A stretch of 37,725 nt of DNA, taken from positions 1 through 37,725 of the IMG/VR virus record IMGVR_UViG_3300022930_000018. One strand, given 5' to 3'. Positions within the stretch are counted from its first letter, which is position 1; each line of letters begins with the position of its first letter. The translations under genes were made by a program, and so were the position numbers. The notes beneath the pieces were generated by a model, which was given only the letters and a program-made list of their open reading frames with translations, made no database searches and was not told where the DNA came from. Shown here piece by piece: positions 18,218 to 26,782 of this stretch. This DNA comes from a virus. Its lineage: Duplodnaviria; Caudoviricetes.

Positions 18218-18530
18218 AAATTAAATTAATTTCTAAGCCATCAAAATCAACATCTTCAAAACCTCGGACTTCAAACCTTAAACCTTTGTAAATTACAAAA
18301 GTCTTTTCACTGAAATCAATGTTTTTATTTTTACCGCGAATAGCGAAAACTACAGGGTTTTTGAAATCGTTCAATCCGTACTGCTGAAACTTAAATCCTG
18401 CTCCGGAAGTTTTTTTGTTTGCCCAAACCTTTTTTACAAATTGGTCTGAATTAACCCACCCGCCAAAACCATCATCAACGGGTATTGATTTCCAAATTTC
18501 TATTTTAGTGGTGTAACTTCTCGCTTTCAT
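18204..18530 (-). CDS. Head-tail joining (head closure) protein
   Basis: DDGFGG ... VWA motif; position. Confidence 0.8.
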   Translation of the reverse strand: MKARSYTTKIEIWKSIPVDDGFGGWVNSDQFVKKVWANKKTSGAGFKFQQYGLNDFKNPVVFAIRGKNKNIDFSEKTFVIYKGLRFEVRGFEDVDFDGLEINLICDAT

Positions 18531-18991
18531 TATACGGTAAATCTTCTGTAAGCTCCGATTATCTGCATTACATTATCAGGAACTAAACTTGTATTTGATT
18601 GTTTTTCGGCTTCAAAGTACCAAATCTTAATCATTTGCAGTGCTGCATCAATTAGCGCATCAGGCACATCTGAACGATTTTGATAACCTACCGAATCCAA
18701 AGTGATTTTATCCGCTTTAAATCGCACCTTATTAGCGTAATCCAAACGAATAGCATCACCCGAATAAGTGAAAGGATAATCATAAATATCTAAAAACTCA
18801 CTGCATTTTGTTGGCGAACCGAAATATTCAGCATTCGTTTTACCTTGAAATATGTGATTTGTCCGCTTTTCGATAAAACCCAAAGCAGACCGCACCATTC
18901 TTTCAATAGCATCATCGTCATCTGTAAAGTCATCATCTACCCTAAGATAGTTTTTAACTTCTGCGAGTGGTAGAAATTCGTTGTAGGTCAT
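18530..18991 (-). CDS. Head-tail connector (HK97 gp6-like)
   Basis: LAEVKNYLRVDDDFTDDDDAI; VPDALIDAALQMIKIWY. Confidence 0.9.
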   Translation of the reverse strand: MTYNEFLPLAEVKNYLRVDDDFTDDDDAIERMVRSALGFIEKRTNHIFQGKTNAEYFGSPTKCSEFLDIYDYPFTYSGDAIRLDYANKVRFKADKITLDSVGYQNRSDVPDALIDAALQMIKIWYFEAEKQSNTSLVPDNVMQIIGAYRRFTV

Positions 18992-19245
18992 TATTTAGTC
19001 TCTATTTTTTTTCCTTTTACCAACGAAGTAGTTTTCTTTGGTGTTTCCTCTTTTTTCTCGGTTACTTTTTCCGAAAGGTTTTTTACTTCTTTGAAACTGC
19101 GTGAATCTACCCATACTGCTAAACCGTTTTTAACTGCTTTCTCATTACGTTCTTTTCCTAAGTCAATTAAAGTACCCTTTAAATATTGAGTGTCCTTTTT
19201 TTCGTAGTCTTTAACCGTAGTTAAAAGTTTAATTTGCTTTTCCAT
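18991..19245 (-). CDS. Small basic protein after the capsid gene
   Basis: Start moved to the ATG at 19245 because the longer ORF overlaps the capsid terminator and late promoter. Confidence 0.7.
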   Translation of the reverse strand: MEKQIKLLTTVKDYEKKDTQYLKGTLIDLGKERNEKAVKNGLAVWVDSRSFKEVKNLSEKVTEKKEETPKKTTSLVKGKKIETK

Positions 19246-19260
19246 TTTAATATGATTTAA

Positions 19261-19270
19261 GTCTAATATA
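19261..19270 (-). promoter_or_regulatory. Late promoter motif TATATTAGAC
   Basis: Repeated motif just downstream of the capsid terminator, 15 nt before the ATG. Confidence 0.7.
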
Positions 19271-19286
19271 CAACTTATTTTTAAAT

Positions 19287-19314
19287 AAAAAAACCACACT
19301 CCGAAAAGTGTGGT
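19287..19314 (-). terminator. Intrinsic terminator after the major capsid gene
   Basis: ACCACACTT-TTCG-GAGTGTGGT followed by a T run. Confidence 0.85.
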
Positions 19315-19343
19315 AAATAATAAAACAGATATGAAAACAAAAA

Positions 19344-20552
19344 CTATACGCCCGCTTCTTTTACAAAAGCATTCGGATAATAAACAGGTAATGCAACTCT
19401 TTCCTCAATACGAACAGTAATCATATTCTTTTGAACATTATCAATATCCTGCTCAAAGAATCTAATCTCAGGGTTTAACCTTGTAACAAGTTGTGCAGCG
19501 TTGAAATCTCCTACTAAGAAATCTCCGGAAGCCAATTGATCTGTTGGCATTTGTACAACCGTAAGACCTGCAATAGTTAATCTTCCATTTACGAACCCAA
19601 CACCACCTGGAACATCGTACTCTTCTGATCCTGTCGCTTTATTTAAATAAATACCGATTGCGTCACGCGCATTTAATACTACACCGTTAGATGAATGACC
19701 ATTTTCTACAACTTGACCGTACGCAGCATCAACAATTTGCTCTACTAAATTAGTATAATCACCGTTATACGCTTGCGCTTGTGGTCTAATACCTAATAAG
19801 TTTGGAGCTGTACCGTTACCGTTAAGGATTTGAGCATTTTCAGCTTTTAAAAGTTGTTTCAAAAGATTTGCTCTTAAGAAACTTTCCAAAAACTGTACAT
19901 CATCCAACATTTGTCGAGGAATTCTCAAAATACCCGCAATCCATTGTACTGCATCGGTTTTAGCATCGAAATCATAATCAATTAATGGTTTTGCACCAGA
20001 TGCAGCGTTCCAAGTTGTAGGCGCACCCTCACCACCCGTATGACGTGGATAAGTAATTGATCCCGCTTGTGTAGTTCCTTTAGATAACAAATCTCTGATA
20101 TAAACAGTATTGTCTGCTAATGGTAAAACTTGCTGTCTGTAATCAGTTGTAAGATTAGCGTAAGATGATCCGGAAAAGTTTGCAGAACTCATGTCTCCTA
20201 CCGCTTTCATTTCCAACTTCATTTCTTTATCGGTAGAACTTGCAAAAGATTTTAACTGATCCGCTTTTTCGTGAATCATTTCGGAAAGATTGTCGTTGAA
20301 AGATTTCGTTTCCGTATCTCTCATTACTCCTTTCTTCATTTTTAATGAAATATCATCCAATTGCTCCTGCATTTTTTCCGCGTATTCTTTTGAAACACCG
20401 CTTTTTTCCGCTACATCTAATTTAGATTTCAATTCGGTTACTTGGTCGATAAGGTTTTTTACCTCACCTTCGTTTTTTTGATTTGCGGTATCAACTTTTC
20501 CTTTAACTTCCGCAAGTCCGGCTTCAATTGCCGATTTAATTTCTTCGTTCAT
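19344..20552 (-). CDS. Major capsid protein, HK97 type
   Basis: N-terminal coiled-coil delta domain; AENAQILNGNG, FLVGDF, KNMITVRIEERVAL motifs. Confidence 0.95.
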   Translation of the reverse strand: MNEEIKSAIEAGLAEVKGKVDTANQKNEGEVKNLIDQVTELKSKLDVAEKSGVSKEYAEKMQEQLDDISLKMKKGVMRDTETKSFNDNLSEMIHEKADQLKSFASSTDKEMKLEMKAVGDMSSANFSGSSYANLTTDYRQQVLPLADNTVYIRDLLSKGTTQAGSITYPRHTGGEGAPTTWNAASGAKPLIDYDFDAKTDAVQWIAGILRIPRQMLDDVQFLESFLRANLLKQLLKAENAQILNGNGTAPNLLGIRPQAQAYNGDYTNLVEQIVDAAYGQVVENGHSSNGVVLNARDAIGIYLNKATGSEEYDVPGGVGFVNGRLTIAGLTVVQMPTDQLASGDFLVGDFNAAQLVTRLNPEIRFFEQDIDNVQKNMITVRIEERVALPVYYPNAFVKEAGV

Positions 20553-20555
20553 TTT

Positions 20556-21233
20556 TTAAATTTTAAACTGATTAAATATTGATTTGATTACTTGCGGCTC
20601 AATAGTTTGTTGAGTGACTTCTGTCGGCTCGGTTTGAGTGCTTTTATATTCTTCTATGATTTGCGCTTCAAATTGTTTTAATGCAATTTCAAAAAGACCG
20701 TGAGTTTCATCAGTAAAACTTCCATCTTTATGCGCTTTTAATATTCTTTTGTATAGGTCTTTTACTTCGTTTACAGATGATTTAAAACCTAAAAATGGTG
20801 TTTCATTGTTTGCCCCTAATGTTACCGCTGAACCTTCGTACAATTTAACTTCTTTAATTAATCGGGCGTTGTTTCCTTTTTCAGATTTTACCGTAATGAA
20901 TCCTATTGAATGTTCTTTTACAATTCCTGCTTCATATAACTTCATTTGATCCTCACCGTATGAAGTATTTATAATTTCACCTTCGAAATAAAGCCCTTTT
21001 TCATCTTCTGACAACTTTAAAAACTTACCTAAAGGCTTTTCCCAATTATGTTGTTGCAAATAGAAAATATCATTAAAACGCTCATTAATAGACTTGCTAA
21101 AAGCTCCTTTTTCAATAATATCATTGTCTGAATCAACATTACCAAAGGAAGATAAATAACCCGTTACAATACGACTTTTAACGTCTATATCTTGGATTGT
21201 ACCAGTGTTTTTTTGTTCAAATACTCCTTTCAT
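20556..21233 (-). CDS. HK97-type prohead protease
   Basis: GYLSSFGNVDSDND, QHN, EDEKGLYF, SIGF, LYEGSAVT..AN. Confidence 0.95.
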   Translation of the reverse strand: MKGVFEQKNTGTIQDIDVKSRIVTGYLSSFGNVDSDNDIIEKGAFSKSINERFNDIFYLQQHNWEKPLGKFLKLSEDEKGLYFEGEIINTSYGEDQMKLYEAGIVKEHSIGFITVKSEKGNNARLIKEVKLYEGSAVTLGANNETPFLGFKSSVNEVKDLYKRILKAHKDGSFTDETHGLFEIALKQFEAQIIEEYKSTQTEPTEVTQQTIEPQVIKSIFNQFKI

Positions 21234-21236
21234 AAT

Positions 21237-21246
21237 GTCTAATATA
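21237..21246 (-). promoter_or_regulatory. Late promoter motif TATATTAGAC
   Basis: Repeated motif, 3 nt before the protease ATG. Confidence 0.7.
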
Positions 21247-21264
21247 ATGAATTATTTTTAATTA

Positions 21265-22059
21265 TTACAAATCATTGTAAATAATATTACCTTCTGAATC
21301 TCTTTTTGCTCGGTAACCAAAACTACAACGGCAATTAACGAGGTTGCGCACACTTGCACCGTTTGCCCTATCACCCGGATATAGCATCTTTTCACCGCCT
21401 ACAATAAAGAATGCGTTTTGCTCAACTGCTTTATCATTAGCCACTCTATGCGCATCCCTTTCCCTTCCATCGACAGCCGTAACCCATACCTTTTCCATCG
21501 TAACGCCCGAAACTTCACCGCTTATCTGTTTTGCGCTATTCATTGCAAAGGTTGTTTCGGTTCTCGCAATTCGTAACGCTTGCCACCTATAAAAGTCGGG
21601 TTTGTTTACCGCCTTATAAATCCGATCACGCATTTGGATAACCGTTTCGTTTTCTATCGTTGCTTCTTTTATTGCGCTTACGATAGTTTCAATGTAAGTT
21701 TCCGAAAGTAGTTTTATCTGTTCACCTCCAAACTTTTTGTAATATTTTAAAAGGAAGTCTTGAAATTTAGTATTGAATAATGCTAATGGCTTCCATTTCT
21801 TTTGTTCTCTAATTATTTTGCGGTATCGTCTGGCTTCTAAATTACCGTATGACTGACCAATAGTTAAGTGAACTTTAAAAAGGGTTTTTTCGAGTTCCGA
21901 TTCATTTACAGCGAGGTTCAAAATTGTTTCCGCGTTGGTCGGTGTGAGTAATTCGATTGGTAAATTACGTGAAATCCTTTTAAATTCTTTTAAAAGAATA
22001 CGCAACGCCTTTTTTTCATAGGTATTGTGTAACTTTAAAAAAATATCGTGTTCATTCAT
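21265..22059 (-). CDS. Minor head protein (SPP1 gp7 / Mu gpF family)
   Basis: RIARTET, KVW...D.RERDAH, YPGD, NCRC. Confidence 0.92.
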   Translation of the reverse strand: MNEHDIFLKLHNTYEKKALRILLKEFKRISRNLPIELLTPTNAETILNLAVNESELEKTLFKVHLTIGQSYGNLEARRYRKIIREQKKWKPLALFNTKFQDFLLKYYKKFGGEQIKLLSETYIETIVSAIKEATIENETVIQMRDRIYKAVNKPDFYRWQALRIARTETTFAMNSAKQISGEVSGVTMEKVWVTAVDGRERDAHRVANDKAVEQNAFFIVGGEKMLYPGDRANGASVRNLVNCRCSFGYRAKRDSEGNIIYNDL

Positions 22060-23478
22060 TTATTTTATACTTTCTCCAATAGGTGCAAACGCTTTCTCAA
22101 TTTCAGCATCCGTAATACCAACATCATCAATTCTTTTCATCCCCGAACCAACCCAAACGGAATCCATGCCATCCAGGTCAGATGTTTCATATTTAACAGC
22201 CTGACGAATCTCATTTGGCGTTAGATACGCTTCTTTCATCCATTTAATCATTCGGTCTATATCCTCCTGCATTTCCGGCATTTCCGAAATATCCCACTCC
22301 CAAACGCAAGTATTATCGCATCCTTCTAAAAATGGTACTAATTCACTGTTAAACGCTTCCTGCAAAAGTAATAAACCCGCCTGAACTTTACCAGTTAATA
22401 CTCGCCTTTTCTCTTGGTGAATATTATCCATTGTAGAAGCTGTATGGTTGTTCAAAAGTATATCTGACCATCCCAATAGATTAGCAAATACCTTTCTGTC
22501 AAAGTTTAGGTTTTCAATTACTTTTAATTGGTCCGCATCGAGTGATAATCTTTGGAATCCTAATTTAATAGCTGAACCCGCAATTCTCGAAAGATTCGAT
22601 GGATCACTATTCATATCTATTAACCTCTCTTTAAATTGAGTAGCTTGTTCAGGTGTTAAAGGAACGTTTGCATCATCTGAATAATAAAAACCAAATACAC
22701 CACCGTTTTTTAAATTCTTAACGTTGTGGATAAGTCCTGCGTTTGAACTTTCAATATTTTTTAGTGCAGCACGAAGGGGAGAAAGTCCGTATAAATGCGA
22801 ACCACTCATATCAAAGTTAGGATTTGCGTATTTGATATGAATAATATCCTCAACCTCAAATTTAATTAGTGAATCACCATCCGTTAATACATAATAATCG
22901 ATAGGCGTTTCATCAATGATAGTATCTGCATTCTTTTTAAGTACGATTTGAACGAGATTAGACGGTAAAATATAGAGTTGCTTAATCTTTCCATTGTTAT
23001 TGCCACCATCAACTTTAATCTTGAAAAAATAGGCGTTTCCGTCTGTCTCCATAAAGATACGGTAAAGCGCAAATAACTCTTTCCAAGTATGCAATGGATT
23101 TGGTCGCTTCAACTTTAGTTCTATTTCCTCTGTATCTTCTCCAAAAGCTTTAACTTCTAATAATTTCTTTTGCGCTAACTGCTGAATAGATAGATTGCCT
23201 TTTGTGGCTGTCATCAGTCGATCACGCTTGCGATAAGACTTTTTATCATTAATTTTTTTAATGTAGTAAGGAACTTCATTTGTCTTATCTGCAATCTGAT
23301 TGATGATTGCATTAATATCAGGATTGTTTAGGTACGCATCCAAATATGATTTCCTGGAATAATCAAATGTGATTTTCTGTCCGTTAACGTATTGGAAAAA
23401 TGCCTGGTTGTAAGCGTTTGTTAATTGCTTTTCACCGCCCCACAAATTATTGAATATATTTTTAAGAAAATTAGCCAT
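22060..23478 (-). CDS. Portal protein (HK97 family)
   Basis: RPNPLHT, GNAY, IIHIK, YGLSPL, LTPNEIR. Confidence 0.93.
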   Translation of the reverse strand: MANFLKNIFNNLWGGEKQLTNAYNQAFFQYVNGQKITFDYSRKSYLDAYLNNPDINAIINQIADKTNEVPYYIKKINDKKSYRKRDRLMTATKGNLSIQQLAQKKLLEVKAFGEDTEEIELKLKRPNPLHTWKELFALYRIFMETDGNAYFFKIKVDGGNNNGKIKQLYILPSNLVQIVLKKNADTIIDETPIDYYVLTDGDSLIKFEVEDIIHIKYANPNFDMSGSHLYGLSPLRAALKNIESSNAGLIHNVKNLKNGGVFGFYYSDDANVPLTPEQATQFKERLIDMNSDPSNLSRIAGSAIKLGFQRLSLDADQLKVIENLNFDRKVFANLLGWSDILLNNHTASTMDNIHQEKRRVLTGKVQAGLLLLQEAFNSELVPFLEGCDNTCVWEWDISEMPEMQEDIDRMIKWMKEAYLTPNEIRQAVKYETSDLDGMDSVWVGSGMKRIDDVGITDAEIEKAFAPIGESIK

Positions 23479-23492
23479 TTGAATCGTTTAGG

Positions 23493-23502
23493 GTCTAATA
23501 TA
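23493..23502 (-). promoter_or_regulatory. Late promoter motif TATATTAGAC
   Basis: Repeated motif, 14 nt before the portal ATG. Confidence 0.7.
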
Positions 23503-23523
23503 GTGAAATAATTTATAATGTTT

Positions 23524-25038
23524 TTAAAAAAAGAAATGTTCTTTCTGTGGTGGTTCAAGCTCAAAACGCTCTCTCATCATGAACATATCCATTAAATCGG
23601 GGGAATCACCATTTAACTTGGCTTTCATTGCTCCTTTTTTATTTATACACAACTTTCCATCTTGATCTTGTTTATCCCTTTGTATTGCTTTTCTTTCATG
23701 TAGAAATCTTTGTCGTACTGTCATTTTTGAATCATACATTTTATTAGCAACAAGTTCATTAATTTTATACGCTCCTTCTAATACTTTTTTTGCTGATCTG
23801 TAATAACATTGACCTTTCAAATTCTCGTATTTTTCAGGTGTTCCAAAATCTTTATCACCGTGTTTTAATTCGGGATTTGGCATTGGCCTGCCTCCGTTAT
23901 GAAAAGGAATGGCGCCAGGAATAAATCCCTCTATAAAACCACCCACTCCATCATTGTCATAACAAATGTGTTTATTTTGTACAGTATGTTTGCGAGCCAT
24001 TTCAATAATAGCATCTAATACTTGCTTACCGTTTGATTTTTCTATTATTTCAATATCCATTTGCTCACGACCGTAAAAGCATCCGATAATAAATTTATCA
24101 GAGCCTTCTAATGCTATATCAGCGGTAATATATCTTTCATTGTGTGGAACCTCATAAACATTAGTAAACATTCCCAAGAATGAAGAGTAATTATAAAGGT
24201 CGTTTTCTGATAATACTACCTTCCAATTAGAATGTAGTAAAGCCATCTGTGTGTCTTTATCTTGCGCAAGTAGATTACCTAAATACGCAGGATTTTCCTT
24301 TAATAATTCTTTATTATCGTAAATACTACCACCTATAAAAGTAACTGATTTTACAAACTCATTTGGATCTATCCCAGAACGGTTCACAACCTCTTCCAAA
24401 ATATGCCATCCTTTTTCAATTACTTCTGATTTTGTATCACCCCAAATAAAATTATCTCCATCTACTATTAAATAACGTAAAACACCACGCCTTTCGGGTA
24501 TTGCGTAGCCTGTTTCCTGATCTATCCACCATGATATAAAATCAGCAACCCAACTATCAGGATCAGGATTACAAGTTGCTCTAACGTACGGATTAACCCC
24601 ACAAACAGAACGGTTACGGGTTAGTAAATAGAAAAACATCTTTTTTGAAAAGTGGGTTAATTCATCAAAACCAATAAAAGGAATTTGTGAACCTTGCCAA
24701 TCGTATATGTTTTTTTCGTGTTCTAAATGGGAAAATTTAAGTTTAGAATTTCCAAAATCCCACTCTAAATTAGTTTGTTTTGGGTGCGCTCCTAAATGAT
24801 TATAAAGAGTTGCAGAAGTATCCCATAAACCCCCTTCATTTCGTATTTGTGGGTTTGTACGTCTGAATATTACAGAACCAAAACCCTTAACATCTTTATG
24901 CCTTATAGGCTCCAATAATAAAGAGAATGTCTTACCAACTCCCGCAGCTCCCCCACCTATACAAATATCAGCAGATGAACTTGCGAAATCTAATTGGTAA
25001 CCATCTTGCGGTCGTATAAAATTTATATTATCTGCCAT
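23524..25038 (-). CDS. terL: Terminase large subunit
   Basis: Walker A GGAAGVGKT, Walker B FIGFDE, ATCNP, nuclease ADIA ... SPDLMD. Confidence 0.95.
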   Translation of the reverse strand: MADNINFIRPQDGYQLDFASSSADICIGGGAAGVGKTFSLLLEPIRHKDVKGFGSVIFRRTNPQIRNEGGLWDTSATLYNHLGAHPKQTNLEWDFGNSKLKFSHLEHEKNIYDWQGSQIPFIGFDELTHFSKKMFFYLLTRNRSVCGVNPYVRATCNPDPDSWVADFISWWIDQETGYAIPERRGVLRYLIVDGDNFIWGDTKSEVIEKGWHILEEVVNRSGIDPNEFVKSVTFIGGSIYDNKELLKENPAYLGNLLAQDKDTQMALLHSNWKVVLSENDLYNYSSFLGMFTNVYEVPHNERYITADIALEGSDKFIIGCFYGREQMDIEIIEKSNGKQVLDAIIEMARKHTVQNKHICYDNDGVGGFIEGFIPGAIPFHNGGRPMPNPELKHGDKDFGTPEKYENLKGQCYYRSAKKVLEGAYKINELVANKMYDSKMTVRQRFLHERKAIQRDKQDQDGKLCINKKGAMKAKLNGDSPDLMDMFMMRERFELEPPQKEHFFF

Positions 25039-25423
25039 TGTCAGGCAATTGGAATATAGTTACTTGTGAAAGTTTTTCTCCATCGCTGGTAACATCGACT
25101 TTATCACCAAACATCTTAGGGTAGAATTTAGCCATTTTCCATTTCAAAGTCTGAATTAAAACGTTCCCTACACTTGCTTCCATTTCACCTGCCTTTAAAG
25201 AAATCATAATATCGTCTATCTCGTTTTCAAGTGCCATACCTTTATCCTGCTGTGAGTTTACATACAATGTTCGTAATTCCTCATTCTCGTTTTTCCATCG
25301 TCTGAAAGTGGACCAAGATGGATAAGTTGATTCTGCTAAAACTGAAATAATATTTTCACCATCTGCAACCTCGTCACAAATTAATTTACACAATTCAAAA
25401 TCATATTCACTTGGTCGCGCCAT
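25028..25423 (-). CDS. terS: Terminase small subunit (Sf6-like)
   Basis: MARPSEY...ICDEVADGE...PSWSTFRRW...KW.MAK.YPK.FGDK; directly upstream of terL. Confidence 0.9.
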   Translation of the reverse strand: MARPSEYDFELCKLICDEVADGENIISVLAESTYPSWSTFRRWKNENEELRTLYVNSQQDKGMALENEIDDIMISLKAGEMEASVGNVLIQTLKWKMAKFYPKMFGDKVDVTSDGEKLSQVTIFQLPDNGR

Positions 25424-25638
25424 TAGTACTTTCTTTTTATTTGGGTTCTTTTAATCATCAAAATATAAAATCCTTCGCTTACCGTGGTGTGTTTATTTTC
25501 TTTGATTAATTTTTTAGGATTTTGCTTTTCTGCTTCTTTTAGTTTAGACAGCATTTCGCGAGCTTGCTTCTGCATCTCTTTGAATCTGTCGTTAACTTCT
25601 ATTTCGTTAACTATTGAACCTGATAAGCCTTCTTTCAC
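25423..25638 (-). CDS. Hypothetical protein
   Basis: GTG start after an A-rich leader; TAATG overlap with terS. Confidence 0.6.
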   Translation of the reverse strand: MKEGLSGSIVNEIEVNDRFKEMQKQAREMLSKLKEAEKQNPKKLIKENKHTTVSEGFYILMIKRTQIKRKY

Positions 25639-25657
25639 ATTGTTTTGTTTTCGTTAT

Positions 25658-25665
25658 CAAAGGTA
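25658..25665 (-). promoter_or_regulatory. Bacteroidetes -7 promoter element TACCTTTG upstream of the packaging operon
   Basis: Matches TAnnTTTG; intergenic. Confidence 0.55.
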
Positions 25666-25675
25666 GTTAAAATTA

Positions 25676-25990
25676 TCAGAATGGGAGATCATCCGGTTCA
25701 TCTGCGAAAGCATCACTTGGCGCATCTTGAACACTTTGAACTGATTTTTTAATATTTCCAATGTAAGCTCCTTTCTCACCCGCTTCGTATGCTTCTTTTT
25801 TAAGTTGCACTGAAATCGAACCATCGTTTTTATATTGGTCGGTTTCTTCGTTGATCCAAACGTTTACATCTACTGTTCGGAATGTAGCACCATCTTTTCG
25901 AGTTACGATACTTGTTTTTGCTGTTCCGCTTTTTAATGCTTTCAAAAGTTCATCGTAATTGATGCTTCCGAAAAATAATTGATTTGCCAT
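25676..25990 (-). CDS. Putative single-stranded DNA-binding protein
   Basis: Short beta-rich body with an acidic C-terminal tail ending DDLPF. Confidence 0.6.
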   Translation of the reverse strand: MANQLFFGSINYDELLKALKSGTAKTSIVTRKDGATFRTVDVNVWINEETDQYKNDGSISVQLKKEAYEAGEKGAYIGNIKKSVQSVQDAPSDAFADEPDDLPF

Positions 25991-26015
25991 AGATTTAAGA
26001 TTTAATTAAGATTGT

Positions 26016-26135
26016 TTATTGTTGTGCTATTACTTTTGTTTTCGATTCAATTATTGAGGCTAATTTAACCTCGGGAGTTTTGTATATTATTTCATCTGTT
26101 TTACTCCAATTGGCTTTTATTTCTTCGATAGTCAT
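26016..26135 (-). CDS. Small hypothetical protein (39 aa, not in the ORF track)
   Basis: MTIEEIKANWSKTDEIIYKTPEV...; starts 1 nt after the upstream stop. Confidence 0.5.
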   Translation of the reverse strand: MTIEEIKANWSKTDEIIYKTPEVKLASIIESKTKVIAQQ

Positions 26136-26136
26136 T

Positions 26137-26463
26137 TTACAAAAGTTTTAATGACTTTAGCCAGTTATAAATTCTTAGATTTTTTGATAGTTGATAACCC
26201 CATTCGCCCGTAATGAAAAAATTAATTGGTGACGCAATAAACAGTAGTAATAGAAAAATTATCGCAAATGGTAATGTTAGTCTAATCCACGGCTTAACGG
26301 GTGTAGATTTCTGTGTGTAATAATCAATTCCTAAATCAATCCATCTATCACAAAGCTCTTCATTTGAAACTATATTTAGCTCGGGAAATGTTTCTCTAAA
26401 TTTTGGAATGTAATTCATGTCGTTATGCGACCAAACTCTCTTTAATTTTTTATACATAATCAT
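26137..26463 (-). CDS. Hypothetical membrane protein
   Basis: One TM segment, LTLPFAIIFLLLLFIASPINFFI. Confidence 0.7.
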   Translation of the reverse strand: MIMYKKLKRVWSHNDMNYIPKFRETFPELNIVSNEELCDRWIDLGIDYYTQKSTPVKPWIRLTLPFAIIFLLLLFIASPINFFITGEWGYQLSKNLRIYNWLKSLKLL

Positions 26464-26473
26464 TTTTTTTCAT

Positions 26474-26494
26474 AAAAGGGAGCTTTCACTCCCC
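26474..26494 (-). terminator. Intrinsic terminator
   Basis: GGGAG-TGAAAG-CTCCC-TTTT on the minus strand. Confidence 0.65.
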
Positions 26495-26524
26495 GAACCA
26501 TTTAATTATGAAAACGTTGTAAAT

Positions 26525-26782
26525 TTACGAATTATTTTCATTATTCTTAATTAAAATATCATTCTTTTTAGTTGTCATAAAACTTGGCGTTAAAGGCTTA
26601 TTAAATGACAACATTGACAGCCATATTTCACCCTTAAATAAAATTCTAAATCTTTCTTTAAAAGAAAGTTCCCAACATGTTACAACCTCGCCATTGGGGT
26701 CTTTATAAGCTGGTAATGATTGATATTCCGGTTGGTCTTTTGCGTAAATAGTATTTACTTCTGGAAATCTTTTTGGTTTCAT
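26525..26782 (-). CDS. Conserved-looking hypothetical phage protein
   Basis: DQPEYQSLPAY...CWELSFKERFRILFKG.IWL. Confidence 0.75.
   Translation of the reverse strand: MKPKRFPEVNTIYAKDQPEYQSLPAYKDPNGEVVTCWELSFKERFRILFKGEIWLSMLSFNKPLTPSFMTTKKNDILIKNNENNS

Noticed and set aside
19246-19299. N-terminal extension MWFFYLK... of the post-capsid ORF
   Set aside because: Runs through the capsid terminator and the late promoter motif
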